DNA from: a virus
DNA: 41,300 nt
Reading direction: 5' to 3' (one strand)
Virus record (IMG/VR): IMGVR_UViG_3300037474_000096
Within the stretch, counting starts at the first letter, position 1; every line of letters starts with the position of its first letter. Below the pieces are notes generated by a model. That model was not told the origin of the DNA and ran no database searches. It worked only from the letters and a program-made list of their open reading frames with translations. The translations under genes were made by a program, and so were the position numbers. This document shows, one piece after another, positions 22,444 to 31,149 of this stretch.

Positions 22444-22533
22444 CGAGTATCTAGGGGTGAATCGTCGGTGCGTATGATCGACAGGACAAACGCCAGCAGT
22501 GACGCCCTGGCCGCCTAACAGAGGAGACATGTC

Positions 22534-22980
22534 ATGAGTTCGATGCTGCCCTTGGGGCGGACGTACAACCTCGGTCGCAACGCTTCCGGCGGATCCGTGC
22601 GCGCGTCGCTGCGCGACTACTCCGGTATCGGCTTCCTGGTGGACACCCCGGCCAACGCCTCCACCCTGACTGTCACCGAGGCCAACGCGGCCAGCGGTGG
22701 CACCTCGCAGAACCTGGCCGGCGGCATCACCCTGGCCAACGGTGTCTTCGCCTACACCCAGACGTCCGGCGTGTGGACGGCGCAGACCACCGGTATCAGC
22801 GGCGCGGTGCTCACCGTGTCCGGAACCCCGGACCTGCTGTTCGTCTGGGTGCCGCAGGGCGCGCTGTCCGACGGGTTCGCCTGGCTGACCGCCTCGCACT
22901 CCGCCAAGGTCACCCAGTACATCCTGGGCGACGTCAACGTCGGTCGCAAGGTCACCAACCTGCGCAACTACACGGCGTAA
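22534..22980 (+). CDS. Hypothetical structural-region protein, 148 aa
   Basis: ATG with GAGGAG upstream. The composition is beta-rich. Confidence 0.65.
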   Translation: MSSMLPLGRTYNLGRNASGGSVRASLRDYSGIGFLVDTPANASTLTVTEANAASGGTSQNLAGGITLANGVFAYTQTSGVWTAQTTGISGAVLTVSGTPDLLFVWVPQGALSDGFAWLTASHSAKVTQYILGDVNVGRKVTNLRNYTA

Positions 22981-22992
22981 GGGGGCTGACTC

Positions 22993-23451
22993 ATGTCTTC
23001 CCAGATCCAGGGTAAGCAGATCCTGCTCGCCAACTACGGTCCGACCGTGGTCCGCGCGGCGGCAGTGCTCCCGGCCACGGCCACCGGCGTGCTGTTCAAC
23101 ATCGTCGGCGGCAACGTGATCATCACGAACATCGTCGGCCAGGTGGTCACCGCGATGAGCGCGACCGCCACCAACCTCAAGCTCAACGTGCTGAGCACCG
23201 CCACCACCGGCAACGCGGACATCTGCGCGAACGTGGCCGTGGCCTCGCTGGCCGTCGGCACGCTGATCGGTGTCCCGACCGTCGCGGCCGGCACGGCGGC
23301 CAGCGCCGGTGTCTTCGCGGTGCAGAACAACGAATTCACGGTGGGCACCGGCTCGATCCGGGCCATCACCGACGCCACCAACACCGGCACGGTGAAGTGG
23401 TACGTCAACTACATCTCGCTGGACCCGGGCGCGTACGTGGCTGCCGCCTAG
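22993..23451 (+). CDS. Hypothetical structural-region protein, 152 aa
   Basis: ATG with AAGGGGG upstream. The protein is Ala/Thr/Val/Gly-rich and is followed by a hairpin. Confidence 0.65.
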   Translation: MSSQIQGKQILLANYGPTVVRAAAVLPATATGVLFNIVGGNVIITNIVGQVVTAMSATATNLKLNVLSTATTGNADICANVAVASLAVGTLIGVPTVAAGTAASAGVFAVQNNEFTVGTGSIRAITDATNTGTVKWYVNYISLDPGAYVAAA

Positions 23452-23473
23452 TTCTGGGGTACACAGGTCAGTG

Positions 23474-23505
23474 GAGGGGCGGGAGCAGCGCAGCTCTCGC
23501 CCCTC
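23474..23505 (+). terminator. Hairpin without a clear U tail (possible terminator or attenuator)
   Basis: GAGGGGCGGGAGC, loop agcgca, GCTCTCGCCCCTC: 13 bp including one G-T pair. Confidence 0.35.
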
Positions 23506-23532
23506 GCCACTGTCACGTGAGAGGATCTGATC

Positions 23533-23931
23533 ATGCCTAAGACCAACGCGGCCGGCGAGTCCACGTTCTACGACGCGCGCGGCACGGACGAGACGGCCGA
23601 GAACGCACACGGCGAAGTGTCGCTGCTGGACCCGACCGCGCACCCGTCCGAGGATGAGAACAAGATCGTGGACAACGAGGGTCTGACCATCGAGGACGAC
23701 GGCGACTTCAAGACCCGCGAGGATCTGGAGCGCGAGGCCAACGACACCGACCGGCGCGGTGACGAGTCGGACGAGCAGCGTGATGAGCGCCTGGCGTCCG
23801 CGCGGCGCGAGCTTCAGGAGCACGACACGGCGGACCCGAAGTCGCTGACCGGCCCGCAGACCGCCGCCGGCAAGCGCGAGGCCGCGAAGCGCGCGGCGGA
23901 CGTCAAGTCGGACAACAAGGACGCGAAGTAG
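23533..23931 (+). CDS. Highly acidic, low-complexity protein, 132 aa
   Basis: ATG with GAGAGGA upstream. The body is D/E-rich and the C-terminal tail is K/A-rich. Confidence 0.65.
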   Translation: MPKTNAAGESTFYDARGTDETAENAHGEVSLLDPTAHPSEDENKIVDNEGLTIEDDGDFKTREDLEREANDTDRRGDESDEQRDERLASARRELQEHDTADPKSLTGPQTAAGKREAAKRAADVKSDNKDAK

Positions 23932-23934
23932 CCA

Positions 23935-24675
23935 ATGGCCACGCTGTTCAGCGCAGAGACGCCAGGGTTGCCGAATGTCAGCGAGGGTGCGCCCCGCACG
24001 CTCGCCAACACGGTGATCTTTGCGCTGGACGGCCAGGTCACCGCCGGCCTGCTGTACGGTCCGGCCACGGTGGGCGTGGGCACGTACGAGTGGATCATGT
24101 GGCGAATGCTCAGCCCCACCACCGGCACGATCATCGGCCAGCAGCTCTTCCCCTCCGTCCTGCCTGGTGTGTGGAATTCCACCGGAACGCTGTCCAGCAT
24201 CATCAACGTCACCGCCAACACCGCCTATCGCTACGGTGTGCGCACGAGCGACGGGCGGTATGCGGCCACGGGTGCGTTGTTCCTGGCCGCCGGCATCACC
24301 AACGGCAACATCACCGCCCCGCAGACCGGGACCAATCCCACCGGGATCGGCAACCTGGACAACGGGGCGTTCGCCACCGACGCGACATCCTTCCCGGCGC
24401 AGACGTTCAATGGGAACGGGTACTTTGTTGATCTTGACTTCACGCCTGCCAGCACCCCCGTCCCGCCGGACCCAACGCCCACGCCGACGCCGGCGCAGAC
24501 CACGCAGGGATGGAACGGACTCCTCGGCTTGATCGACACCGCGCGTCAGGACGCACGCGATCAGGCGCGCCTTCCCGAGTCCGCGTGCCCGCGTGACGGT
24601 GAGCCGTTCCGTACGAACGTGGACGGCATCGTGTATTGCCCGTACGACGGCTACCAGCCGAAGCGTGGCTACTAG
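23935..24675 (+). CDS. DUF4082-like domain protein with a Pro/Thr linker and a C-terminal CP.DG...CP.DG knuckle motif
   Basis: The pattern WNSTG...NTAYRYGVRTSDGRYAATG...NGAFATDATSFPAQTFNGNGYFVDLDF fits my memory of DUF4082. This is followed by PVPPDPTPTPTP and then ACPRDGEPF...YCPYDGYQP. Confidence 0.6.
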   Translation: MATLFSAETPGLPNVSEGAPRTLANTVIFALDGQVTAGLLYGPATVGVGTYEWIMWRMLSPTTGTIIGQQLFPSVLPGVWNSTGTLSSIINVTANTAYRYGVRTSDGRYAATGALFLAAGITNGNITAPQTGTNPTGIGNLDNGAFATDATSFPAQTFNGNGYFVDLDFTPASTPVPPDPTPTPTPAQTTQGWNGLLGLIDTARQDARDQARLPESACPRDGEPFRTNVDGIVYCPYDGYQPKRGY

Positions 24676-24857
24676 GTTCTTTCGATCCTGGGGCGATATT
24701 TCGTTCCGCTGATCATCATTACGTGCAACGAGGACGGCGCACCGCAGCGACGACGCGGACAAGCATGCCTAACCTTTGAGCCACAGGCCGTGTGGTCGCA
24801 GATCCCATACCTGTAGCCCGGACCATTGTTGTCCAGGTACGGGTGATCCGTAATCAC
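24672..24857 (-). CDS. Possible small Cys-rich ORF (61 aa) or non-coding transcript downstream of a conserved-box promoter
   Basis: GTG at 24857 with GGGAAAGG 7 nt upstream. GC3 falls in the second half, so coding is doubtful. Confidence 0.3.
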   Translation of the reverse strand: MITDHPYLDNNGPGYRYGICDHTACGSKVRHACPRRRCGAPSSLHVMMISGTKYRPRIERT

Positions 24858-24942
24858 GACTCAGCCTTTCCCTTGTCGATACGCGGAACGATACGCGCCC
24901 TACCGTGCGATCTTCAGGACGATCAGCCCTCGTTCGTGTTCC

Positions 24943-24972
24943 AGTCTGCCTCATGCATCGTCCAGATGTCAA
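24943..24972 (-). promoter_or_regulatory. Conserved-box promoter in the 373-bp gap inside the structural module
   Basis: Minus strand: TTGACA (24972-24967), 18 nt, CAGACT (24948-24943). The box ATCGTCCAGATGTCAACAGG lies at 24957-24976. Confidence 0.5.
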
Positions 24973-25048
24973 CAGGTAACGGCGCATCGGATTCTGCCAG
25001 GTACGATCATGATCGACCCTGAGCACCCTGAAAGCGTGGTGAGCACCG

Positions 25049-26113
25049 ATGGGGCGAGCGTGGTATGCCACGCGCGAGCGCGTCATGCGCGCGAGCGACG
25101 TGAAGACCAGCGCCTACCTTGCGGCGGAAGTCGATGCGGCGATCGAGAGCGCATCCACCGCCGTGGACAAGCTGGTGGCGCGCGGTGACGACACCCGACC
25201 CGCTTTCGCCCCGTGGACCGGTGCCATCACCTATGACTGGCCGAGCGAGACCACCGGCCAGCAGTCCAGCTACCGGTTGTGGCTCGCCCCGCATGCTCTG
25301 GCCGCCGCACCCATCACCGTCACCAGCGCCGGCGTGGACATCTCCGCTGCCTGCTACGGATCCCCGCCGGACCTTGGCGCGCCGTACTCCGCCGTGGAGA
25401 TCAACCGATCCATGGCCAGCGTGCTGGATCCCGGCCAGGCTGCCGGCCAGCGCAGCGCGGTGGTGACCGGGACGTGGTGCGCCACGCCCATCCTCGAAGA
25501 CACCAGCGCCGCGTGGCAGACCGGCGGGAGCATGACCGCCAGTAGCACGAGCGTGCAGCTCAACATGCTGTTCGGCGTCGGCTCGATCATCCGCGTGGAC
25601 AGCGAGCGCATGCTGGTTACCGACCGGGCGTGGGTGACCAGCGGCCAGACCGGGAGCCTCGCCGCCAATACCGCCGCGCAGGTGCTGACCGTGGCCAACG
25701 GGTCGGCCTTCCTGGCCGGCGAAGAGCTGCTGATCGACGCGGAGACCGTGCGGGTGGTGGGGATCGCCGGCAACAACTTGATCATCAATCGGGCGGTGGG
25801 CGGGTCGGTTCTGGCCGCGCACACGAGCGCGACGATCTTCTACTCGCGCACCGCCACGGTGGAGCGCGCCGCGCTGGGCACGACAGCGGCCGCGCACAAC
25901 AGCGCGGTGGCCGTGTCGCTCTACCGTGTGCCGCGCGCGGTGGAAGCGCTGACCGTGGCGTACGCGCAGGATCAGCGCCAGCAGGAGAGCGCCGCGTATG
26001 CGCGCACGATCGGCTCGGGCGAGAGCGAGCGCCAGGCGTCCGGCCGGGGGATCCGGGATCTGGAGTCGCGCGTGCTGTCCATGTACGGCCGGATTCGATC
26101 GATGGCGGTGTAG
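25049..26113 (+). CDS. Head-to-tail adaptor/connector-like protein, long form (354 aa)
   Basis: The N-terminal WYATRERVMRASDV resembles the gp6-like connector start. The position is before the gp10-like and tail-terminator-like genes. The start could instead be the ATG at 25085. Confidence 0.5.
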   Translation: MGRAWYATRERVMRASDVKTSAYLAAEVDAAIESASTAVDKLVARGDDTRPAFAPWTGAITYDWPSETTGQQSSYRLWLAPHALAAAPITVTSAGVDISAACYGSPPDLGAPYSAVEINRSMASVLDPGQAAGQRSAVVTGTWCATPILEDTSAAWQTGGSMTASSTSVQLNMLFGVGSIIRVDSERMLVTDRAWVTSGQTGSLAANTAAQVLTVANGSAFLAGEELLIDAETVRVVGIAGNNLIINRAVGGSVLAAHTSATIFYSRTATVERAALGTTAAAHNSAVAVSLYRVPRAVEALTVAYAQDQRQQESAAYARTIGSGESERQASGRGIRDLESRVLSMYGRIRSMAV

Positions 26114-26115
26114 CG

Positions 26116-26520
26116 ATGGGACTGTCGCTGAGCATCAGCACCACGGTGAGCGGACCGGCGTTCGACGGCCGCGATGCCGCCGCGATCGAAGCCGCGTGCC
26201 GGGAGATCGAGCGCAAGACAGCGACGTTCGGCGCGGCGATCATCCGGGCGAAGATGGACCGGACGTTCCAGGTCCAGACCCCGTATTACCGGCTGATGAA
26301 CGTGGCCACCCAGAGCGGCCCCAGCGGCTGGAAGATCCATGACCAGGGTGTGATCTACGGCCCGTGGCTGGAGGGCGTGGGTAGCCGCAACCGGACCACC
26401 CGGTTCAAGGGCTACGCGATCTATCGCAAGTCCGTGGCGGAGATCCAGCGGCACATGGACAACATCGCGGAGATCGAGATCGAGGACGCGCTCCGGCGCG
26501 CCGGCGAGGACGTGTCGTGA
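26116..26520 (+). CDS. Head-tail joining protein (HK97 gp10-like)
   Basis: 134 aa. Position fits. Contains the segment VIYGPWLEGVGSRNRTTRFKGY. Confidence 0.5.
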   Translation: MGLSLSISTTVSGPAFDGRDAAAIEAACREIERKTATFGAAIIRAKMDRTFQVQTPYYRLMNVATQSGPSGWKIHDQGVIYGPWLEGVGSRNRTTRFKGYAIYRKSVAEIQRHMDNIAEIEIEDALRRAGEDVS

Positions 26521-27011
26521 CACAGCCTCTCGTCCCTGCGGTCTACACCCGCGTCGCGCAGGCCGCGCACTCGCTGGCCCTGGCCACCGGGTGCTTCAGC
26601 GCGGACGTCGGGCACGAGCCGAAGTCTGCCCCGGACGATCCGGCCGGCCTGTTCCTGGCGCTGTGGGGTAGCGAAGTCCGGCCGATCCAGGCCAGTGGCA
26701 TGGGCGTGATCAGCGTGCGGCTGGAGATCCAGCTCCGGATCCACCGTGGCATGCTCACCGACCCGCAGGATGCCATCGACATGGAGGTGTACAACGCCAC
26801 CCATGCCGTTCTGGCCGCCCTGATCGGGGATTCGACCCTGGTCACCACCGATGCCACGCTGGCCGGCCAGGTGCGGATGCTCGACATCCTCGGCTCCGAT
26901 GGTGACTCACTGCGCGCCGTGCCCGGTTACATCACGCTGGGCTCGACCATGTTCCGGGTGCAGGACATTTTCATCCCCTACGTCGTGAACGACGTCTTCC
27001 AGGTCGGATAG
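26517..27011 (+). CDS. Tail terminator-like protein
   Basis: 164 aa, with a GTG overlap start, immediately upstream of the major tail gene. Confidence 0.45.
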   Translation: MTQPLVPAVYTRVAQAAHSLALATGCFSADVGHEPKSAPDDPAGLFLALWGSEVRPIQASGMGVISVRLEIQLRIHRGMLTDPQDAIDMEVYNATHAVLAALIGDSTLVTTDATLAGQVRMLDILGSDGDSLRAVPGYITLGSTMFRVQDIFIPYVVNDVFQVG

Positions 27012-27018
27012 GAGACTC

Positions 27019-27792
27019 ATGGCCAAATCAGCCGGATTGGGACATAAGCTCCTGATCGATGGATTCGACGTGTCCGGCGACATCGCCACCGTCAACCAGT
27101 TCAGCAGCGCGTTGAACCCGCAGCAGACCAACGGCATCGACCAGCTAGGCGTGGCGCGCATCGGCCTGCTGCACGACGGCGCGGCGGAGTTCGCCACCTA
27201 CTGGAACCCCAGCAGCGGCGGCGCGGGCACGTCGCTGCACGAGGTGCTGCGCACCCTGCCCACCACCGATCGCATCGTCACCTACCTGGCCGGGCAGACT
27301 CTGGGCGCGCCGGCAGCATCGATCGTCAGTAAGCAGATCAACTACGACTGGTCGCGCGGCCAGGACGGCTCCATGACCGGCACCACGTCGGTGGCCGGCA
27401 ACGGCTACGGACTCGCGTGGGGCGTGAACCTCACCGCCGGCAAGCGCACCGAGACGACGGCCGGCAACGGCCCGGGCGTGGATCTGGGCGCGCTGCCGAT
27501 CAGCTACTCGTTCGGGTGGTCGATGTACCTGCACGTGATGGGCACGTTCACCGGCACCTCGATCACCGTCAAGGTGCAGGACAGCGCGGACAACGCGACG
27601 TTCGCGGACATCACCGGTGCCACGTTCGTGGCCGCCACCGGATCCGGCACCACGGCCACCGCCACCCAGCGGGTGCAGTCGGCCAGCGCGACCGCCACCG
27701 TGCGCCGCTACGTGCGGGTGGTCACCAGCGGCACGTTCACCAACGCCACCTACACGGTCAACTTCGTGCGCAACGAGGCGGCGGCGTCGTGA
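27019..27792 (+). CDS. Major tail (tube) protein candidate
   Basis: 257 aa, starting MAKSAGLGHKLLIDGFDVSGDI, in the position before the chaperones and tape measure. Confidence 0.6.
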   Translation: MAKSAGLGHKLLIDGFDVSGDIATVNQFSSALNPQQTNGIDQLGVARIGLLHDGAAEFATYWNPSSGGAGTSLHEVLRTLPTTDRIVTYLAGQTLGAPAASIVSKQINYDWSRGQDGSMTGTTSVAGNGYGLAWGVNLTAGKRTETTAGNGPGVDLGALPISYSFGWSMYLHVMGTFTGTSITVKVQDSADNATFADITGATFVAATGSGTTATATQRVQSASATATVRRYVRVVTSGTFTNATYTVNFVRNEAAAS

Positions 27793-28229
27793 GCGGGCTG
27801 ATCGTGAACAGGCTAGAGCCGGCGCAGCTCAAGAGCTACGTCGTCTCGCGCCCGCACGCCACCCACACCCGCATCGCGTCGTGCCACGAGATCTCGTGTG
27901 AGCGCGAGCTGAAGGGCTGGCGGATGGTGCTGAACCTCGTCAACCGTGAGCAGCGCGATGCGGCGAAGTGGATCAAGTACCACTCCGGCCGGCACTTCAC
28001 GGTGGAGGCGCAGGAAGGCGACATGGTGACCCTGCGGTTTGCGCCCGGGCAGCAATGCTTCGAGACGCACCGGGTGGCGCTGGAGCGTGACCCGGTGTTC
28101 TACCTGCGCGAGGGAGACCGGCGCGGCAACCCGCGCGGAACGCCGGCGCAGCGCCTGAACGGGGCGGACTGGCAGGACAGCTTCAGCAACCACCAGCAGA
28201 CGCTCGCCGATGCGGCGCAGCGAGGATAA
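27789..28229 (+). CDS. Hypothetical Cys/His-containing protein, 146 aa, inserted between two tube-like genes
   Basis: GTG in a GTGA overlap. The sequence has ASCHEISCERE...QQCFETH. No family recognised. Confidence 0.6.
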   Translation: MSGLIVNRLEPAQLKSYVVSRPHATHTRIASCHEISCERELKGWRMVLNLVNREQRDAAKWIKYHSGRHFTVEAQEGDMVTLRFAPGQQCFETHRVALERDPVFYLREGDRRGNPRGTPAQRLNGADWQDSFSNHQQTLADAAQRG

Positions 28230-28244
28230 GGAAGGAATAGGACA

Positions 28245-28652
28245 TTGGCGAAGGAATCGGGTCTAGGGTTCGCACTGACCGTGGATGACGCGGGCGGCAC
28301 CCCGCGCGTGCTCTCCAACGACTTCTCCACCGTGCAGTTCGCCACCCCGCGCGGGGTGCAGGACGTGACCGGCCTGGACAAGTCCGCCATCGAGCGCCTG
28401 CTGTTGCTGGCCGATTTCTCGTGCACGCTCGGTGCGCCGGCGCTCAACGACGCCACCAACCAGTCGCACGCCGTGTTCAAGACGATCTCGTCCACGTCGG
28501 TGGCGCGTACCACGGTCATGGCGCTGTCCGGCCAGAGCCTGACGTGCGAGGTGCTTTACACCGACTACCAGATTTCCCGCGCGCAGGACGGCTCGTTCAC
28601 GTTCAGCGTCCCCGGGGTGCTGGCCGACGGCACCGTCCCGACCTGGAGCTAG
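28245..28652 (+). CDS. Second tail-tube-like protein, 135 aa
   Basis: TTG start with AAGGAAGGA upstream. The N-terminus MAKESGLGFALTVDD parallels that of 27019..27792. Confidence 0.55.
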   Translation: MAKESGLGFALTVDDAGGTPRVLSNDFSTVQFATPRGVQDVTGLDKSAIERLLLLADFSCTLGAPALNDATNQSHAVFKTISSTSVARTTVMALSGQSLTCEVLYTDYQISRAQDGSFTFSVPGVLADGTVPTWS

Positions 28653-28663
28653 GAGCACTGTCG

Positions 28664-29023
28664 ATGGGGTTCGAGATCCGGCGCGAACTGCGCCTTGACC
28701 TGGACGAGACGCCGCTGGCCGGCGCGCAGGTGAGCATGCGTTCGTGCAGCAGCGCGACGTTCGCGCGGCTCTGGGACAGCGAGGTGACCGTGGACGATCA
28801 GCGCGCTCTGTTCGCGGAGCACCTCGTGTCGTGGAACCTGAGCGTGGACGGAGAGGATCTGCCGCTCACGCCGGCCAGCCTGGCCGCGCTGGACAACGGT
28901 CAGTGGTACGGACTGCTGCGTGCGTGGGGGGCGGCCATGACCACGGTGGCCGCCCCTTTAGGTCAGCGATCCTCCGGTGGCGACACGTCGCCGGTGGCGT
29001 CGATGAGCATGGAGACGTTGTAG
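28664..29023 (+). CDS. Tail assembly chaperone (G-like)
   Basis: 119 aa, directly upstream of the tape measure, with an overlapping -1 frame ORF that stays open to 29169. Confidence 0.65.
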   Translation: MGFEIRRELRLDLDETPLAGAQVSMRSCSSATFARLWDSEVTVDDQRALFAEHLVSWNLSVDGEDLPLTPASLAALDNGQWYGLLRAWGAAMTTVAAPLGQRSSGGDTSPVASMSMETL

Positions 29024-29169
29024 CGCTGCCCGCTGAGGCGCAGCGCGCCATGGAGATCTTGAATATCTGTGATCGGTTCGGGTGTCTGCCCTCGCAGGCG
29101 CTGGCCGAGGATCGCAGCGTTCACTGGCTGATGGAGATCGAGCAGCTTGTGCGGGGGGAGGTGACGTAA
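28664..29169 (+). CDS. Tail assembly chaperone frameshift product (G-T-like)
   Basis: A -1 shift near 28960 joins the 28664 frame to the frame ending ...LMEIEQLVRGEVT-stop at 29169. This is the canonical arrangement upstream of tape measure genes. Confidence 0.5.
28954..28960 (+). other. Candidate -1 programmed frameshift slippery heptamer, C CCU UUA
   Basis: In the chaperone frame the codons read GCC CCT TTA, which matches X XXY YYZ. The -1 frame is open from 28744 to 29169. A GGGGGG run at 28926-28931 is an alternative site. Confidence 0.5.
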
Positions 29170-31146
29170 TTGAGTGAGATCAAAATCGATGTCAAGGCGA
29201 AGAATGACAGCAAGGCCGCGTTCGCGGACCTGAAGATGTCCGCCGACGACATCAAGGGCGAGCTGAAGCGTCTCGGTGAGGCAAGCAAGCAGGTGCAGCA
29301 GGACATGCTGCGCCTAGACACGGCGGCCAGCAGGAACAAGGCATCCCTGCGGGACCTGGCCGGCGAATTCGCCCGGGCCGAGGATGCGGCTTCGAAGCTG
29401 AAGATCGCGGACAAGATGAAGGAGATCCAGAACGAACTGGATCACATCAGCAAGATCAAGAAAATCAAGCTTGATGAGCTGATCGATCTCAAGGGCGATG
29501 AGAAGGGGCTGGTCGAATCCGCCGCTGAGGCCGGCGAGGGCTGGATCAGTAGCTTCGGATCCAAGGTCTCCGGTGCCGTGTCCACCATCGCCGGCCCGAT
29601 CGGGGAGAAGTTCGGCGAGAGCTTCGGCGCGCAGGCCGGCGTGGTGGCCGCGCCGTTCCTGGTGTCCGCGCTGGGCGGCGCGCTGTCGGCGGGGGCCGGC
29701 GCGCTGGGCATCGGCGGGGCGGTGGCGCTGGCTATCAAGAGCGATAGTGAGCTGACCGAGGCCGGCGCGGACCTGGGCAAGCGGTTGTTCGGATCACTCA
29801 CCCAGTCCGCACACACCGCATTCGCTGAGCCGCTGAAGCTGGTGTTCAGCGACATGGAGAAGTACATCGATCAGATTTCTGATCAGTGGAAGGGCGCGTT
29901 CGAGGATCTCGCCCCCTCCCTGCGCCCGCTGGCCAACGACGTCGGCAAGGCGATCGCGGAGATCTCTGGCTCGATCGCCCGGATCGCCGGCGATTCCGGC
30001 CCGGCGCTGGAGGTGCTGGGCGATGGCCTGGTCAGCGTCGCGACCGCTGCTGGCCACCTGCTGGAGTCCCTGGCCGGGCAGGATGCGGCGGCTCAGGATC
30101 TTCAGCACCTGTTCGACATCATGACCGGCGCGATCAGAGTCATGGACCTGTTCGTTCAGGGGCTGGCCGCGATGGGCGGTGGCGTTGAGTCCCTGAAAAC
30201 CATCCTCGGCCCGTTCGCGTCCGTGCCGATCGAGCTGGCCGAAGCTCTCGGCCAGGCCACCGACGAATCGCGCGACTTCGCGGCCAAGACCGGTGACCAG
30301 GCTGCCGCCGCCCAGCTGGCCGCCGACGCCACCAACGCGGAGAAGACCGCGCTTCAGGGTCTCAACGACATGCTGAAGGCGCAGACCGATCCGGTATTCG
30401 CCGTGATCGACGCGCATAAGCGCTTGCATGATGCGCAGGAGAATTACAACAGCGCGGTCAAAAAGAATGGCAAGAATTCGGAGCAGGCCGCTAGCGCCCT
30501 GGCCGAATTGGCTAAGGCTGGAATCAACATGGAAGGCGCGGTGGAGGGCGCGGCGGGCGCGCTGGACGGCCAGGTGTCACCCGCGCTGCGCAACACCCTG
30601 CGCGCTGCTGGTCTGACAGAGGATCAGATCGCGGGCGTGGCGAAAGCCTTCCGGGGGGCGCGCAAGGCCGGCCAGGACTTCGAGGGGCGATACGTCGCGC
30701 AGATCAAGGCCGGCAACGTGCAGTCCGCGATCGATCAGATCAACGACGCGAAGAACGCGGCGCGCGCCTACGAGGGCCAGTACGTCGCCGCGCTGCGCGT
30801 CAAGATCTCCAAGTTCGAGTCCGGCCAGATGGCGCACGGCGGCATCTCCGGCCAGGCAGCGCATGGCGCTACGTCATCCGGCCTGACGTGGGTGGGTGAG
30901 CATGGCGCGGAGCTGGTGGACCTTCCGCCCGGGGCGCGGGTCTACTCCGCCGGCGACTCCAAGCGCAAGGCTGCCGAGGGTGGCGCGAAGTGGGGGCCGC
31001 CGGGCGGTGGCGGACCGAGCGTGCCGGCCTACGTCATCATCCAACTGGACGGCCACACCATCGCGCGCGCGACCGTGGATCCGTTACGCAACCTGATCAG
31101 CAGCGGCACGGGCGGAGACGTGCAGCGGTTCCTGGGGAGTGAGTGA
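29170..31146 (+). CDS. Tape measure protein
   Basis: 658 aa, with a TTG start and GGAGGTG upstream. It is Ala/Gly-rich and helical with hydrophobic central segments. The position is canonical. Confidence 0.8.
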   Translation: MSEIKIDVKAKNDSKAAFADLKMSADDIKGELKRLGEASKQVQQDMLRLDTAASRNKASLRDLAGEFARAEDAASKLKIADKMKEIQNELDHISKIKKIKLDELIDLKGDEKGLVESAAEAGEGWISSFGSKVSGAVSTIAGPIGEKFGESFGAQAGVVAAPFLVSALGGALSAGAGALGIGGAVALAIKSDSELTEAGADLGKRLFGSLTQSAHTAFAEPLKLVFSDMEKYIDQISDQWKGAFEDLAPSLRPLANDVGKAIAEISGSIARIAGDSGPALEVLGDGLVSVATAAGHLLESLAGQDAAAQDLQHLFDIMTGAIRVMDLFVQGLAAMGGGVESLKTILGPFASVPIELAEALGQATDESRDFAAKTGDQAAAAQLAADATNAEKTALQGLNDMLKAQTDPVFAVIDAHKRLHDAQENYNSAVKKNGKNSEQAASALAELAKAGINMEGAVEGAAGALDGQVSPALRNTLRAAGLTEDQIAGVAKAFRGARKAGQDFEGRYVAQIKAGNVQSAIDQINDAKNAARAYEGQYVAALRVKISKFESGQMAHGGISGQAAHGATSSGLTWVGEHGAELVDLPPGARVYSAGDSKRKAAEGGAKWGPPGGGGPSVPAYVIIQLDGHTIARATVDPLRNLISSGTGGDVQRFLGSE

Positions 31147-31149
31147 GCA

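Noticed and set aside
22405-24762. 785-aa minus-strand ORF
   Set aside because: It overlaps four plus-strand genes that have good RBSs and protein-like composition. Its translation is an Arg/Gly/Ala-rich shadow frame.
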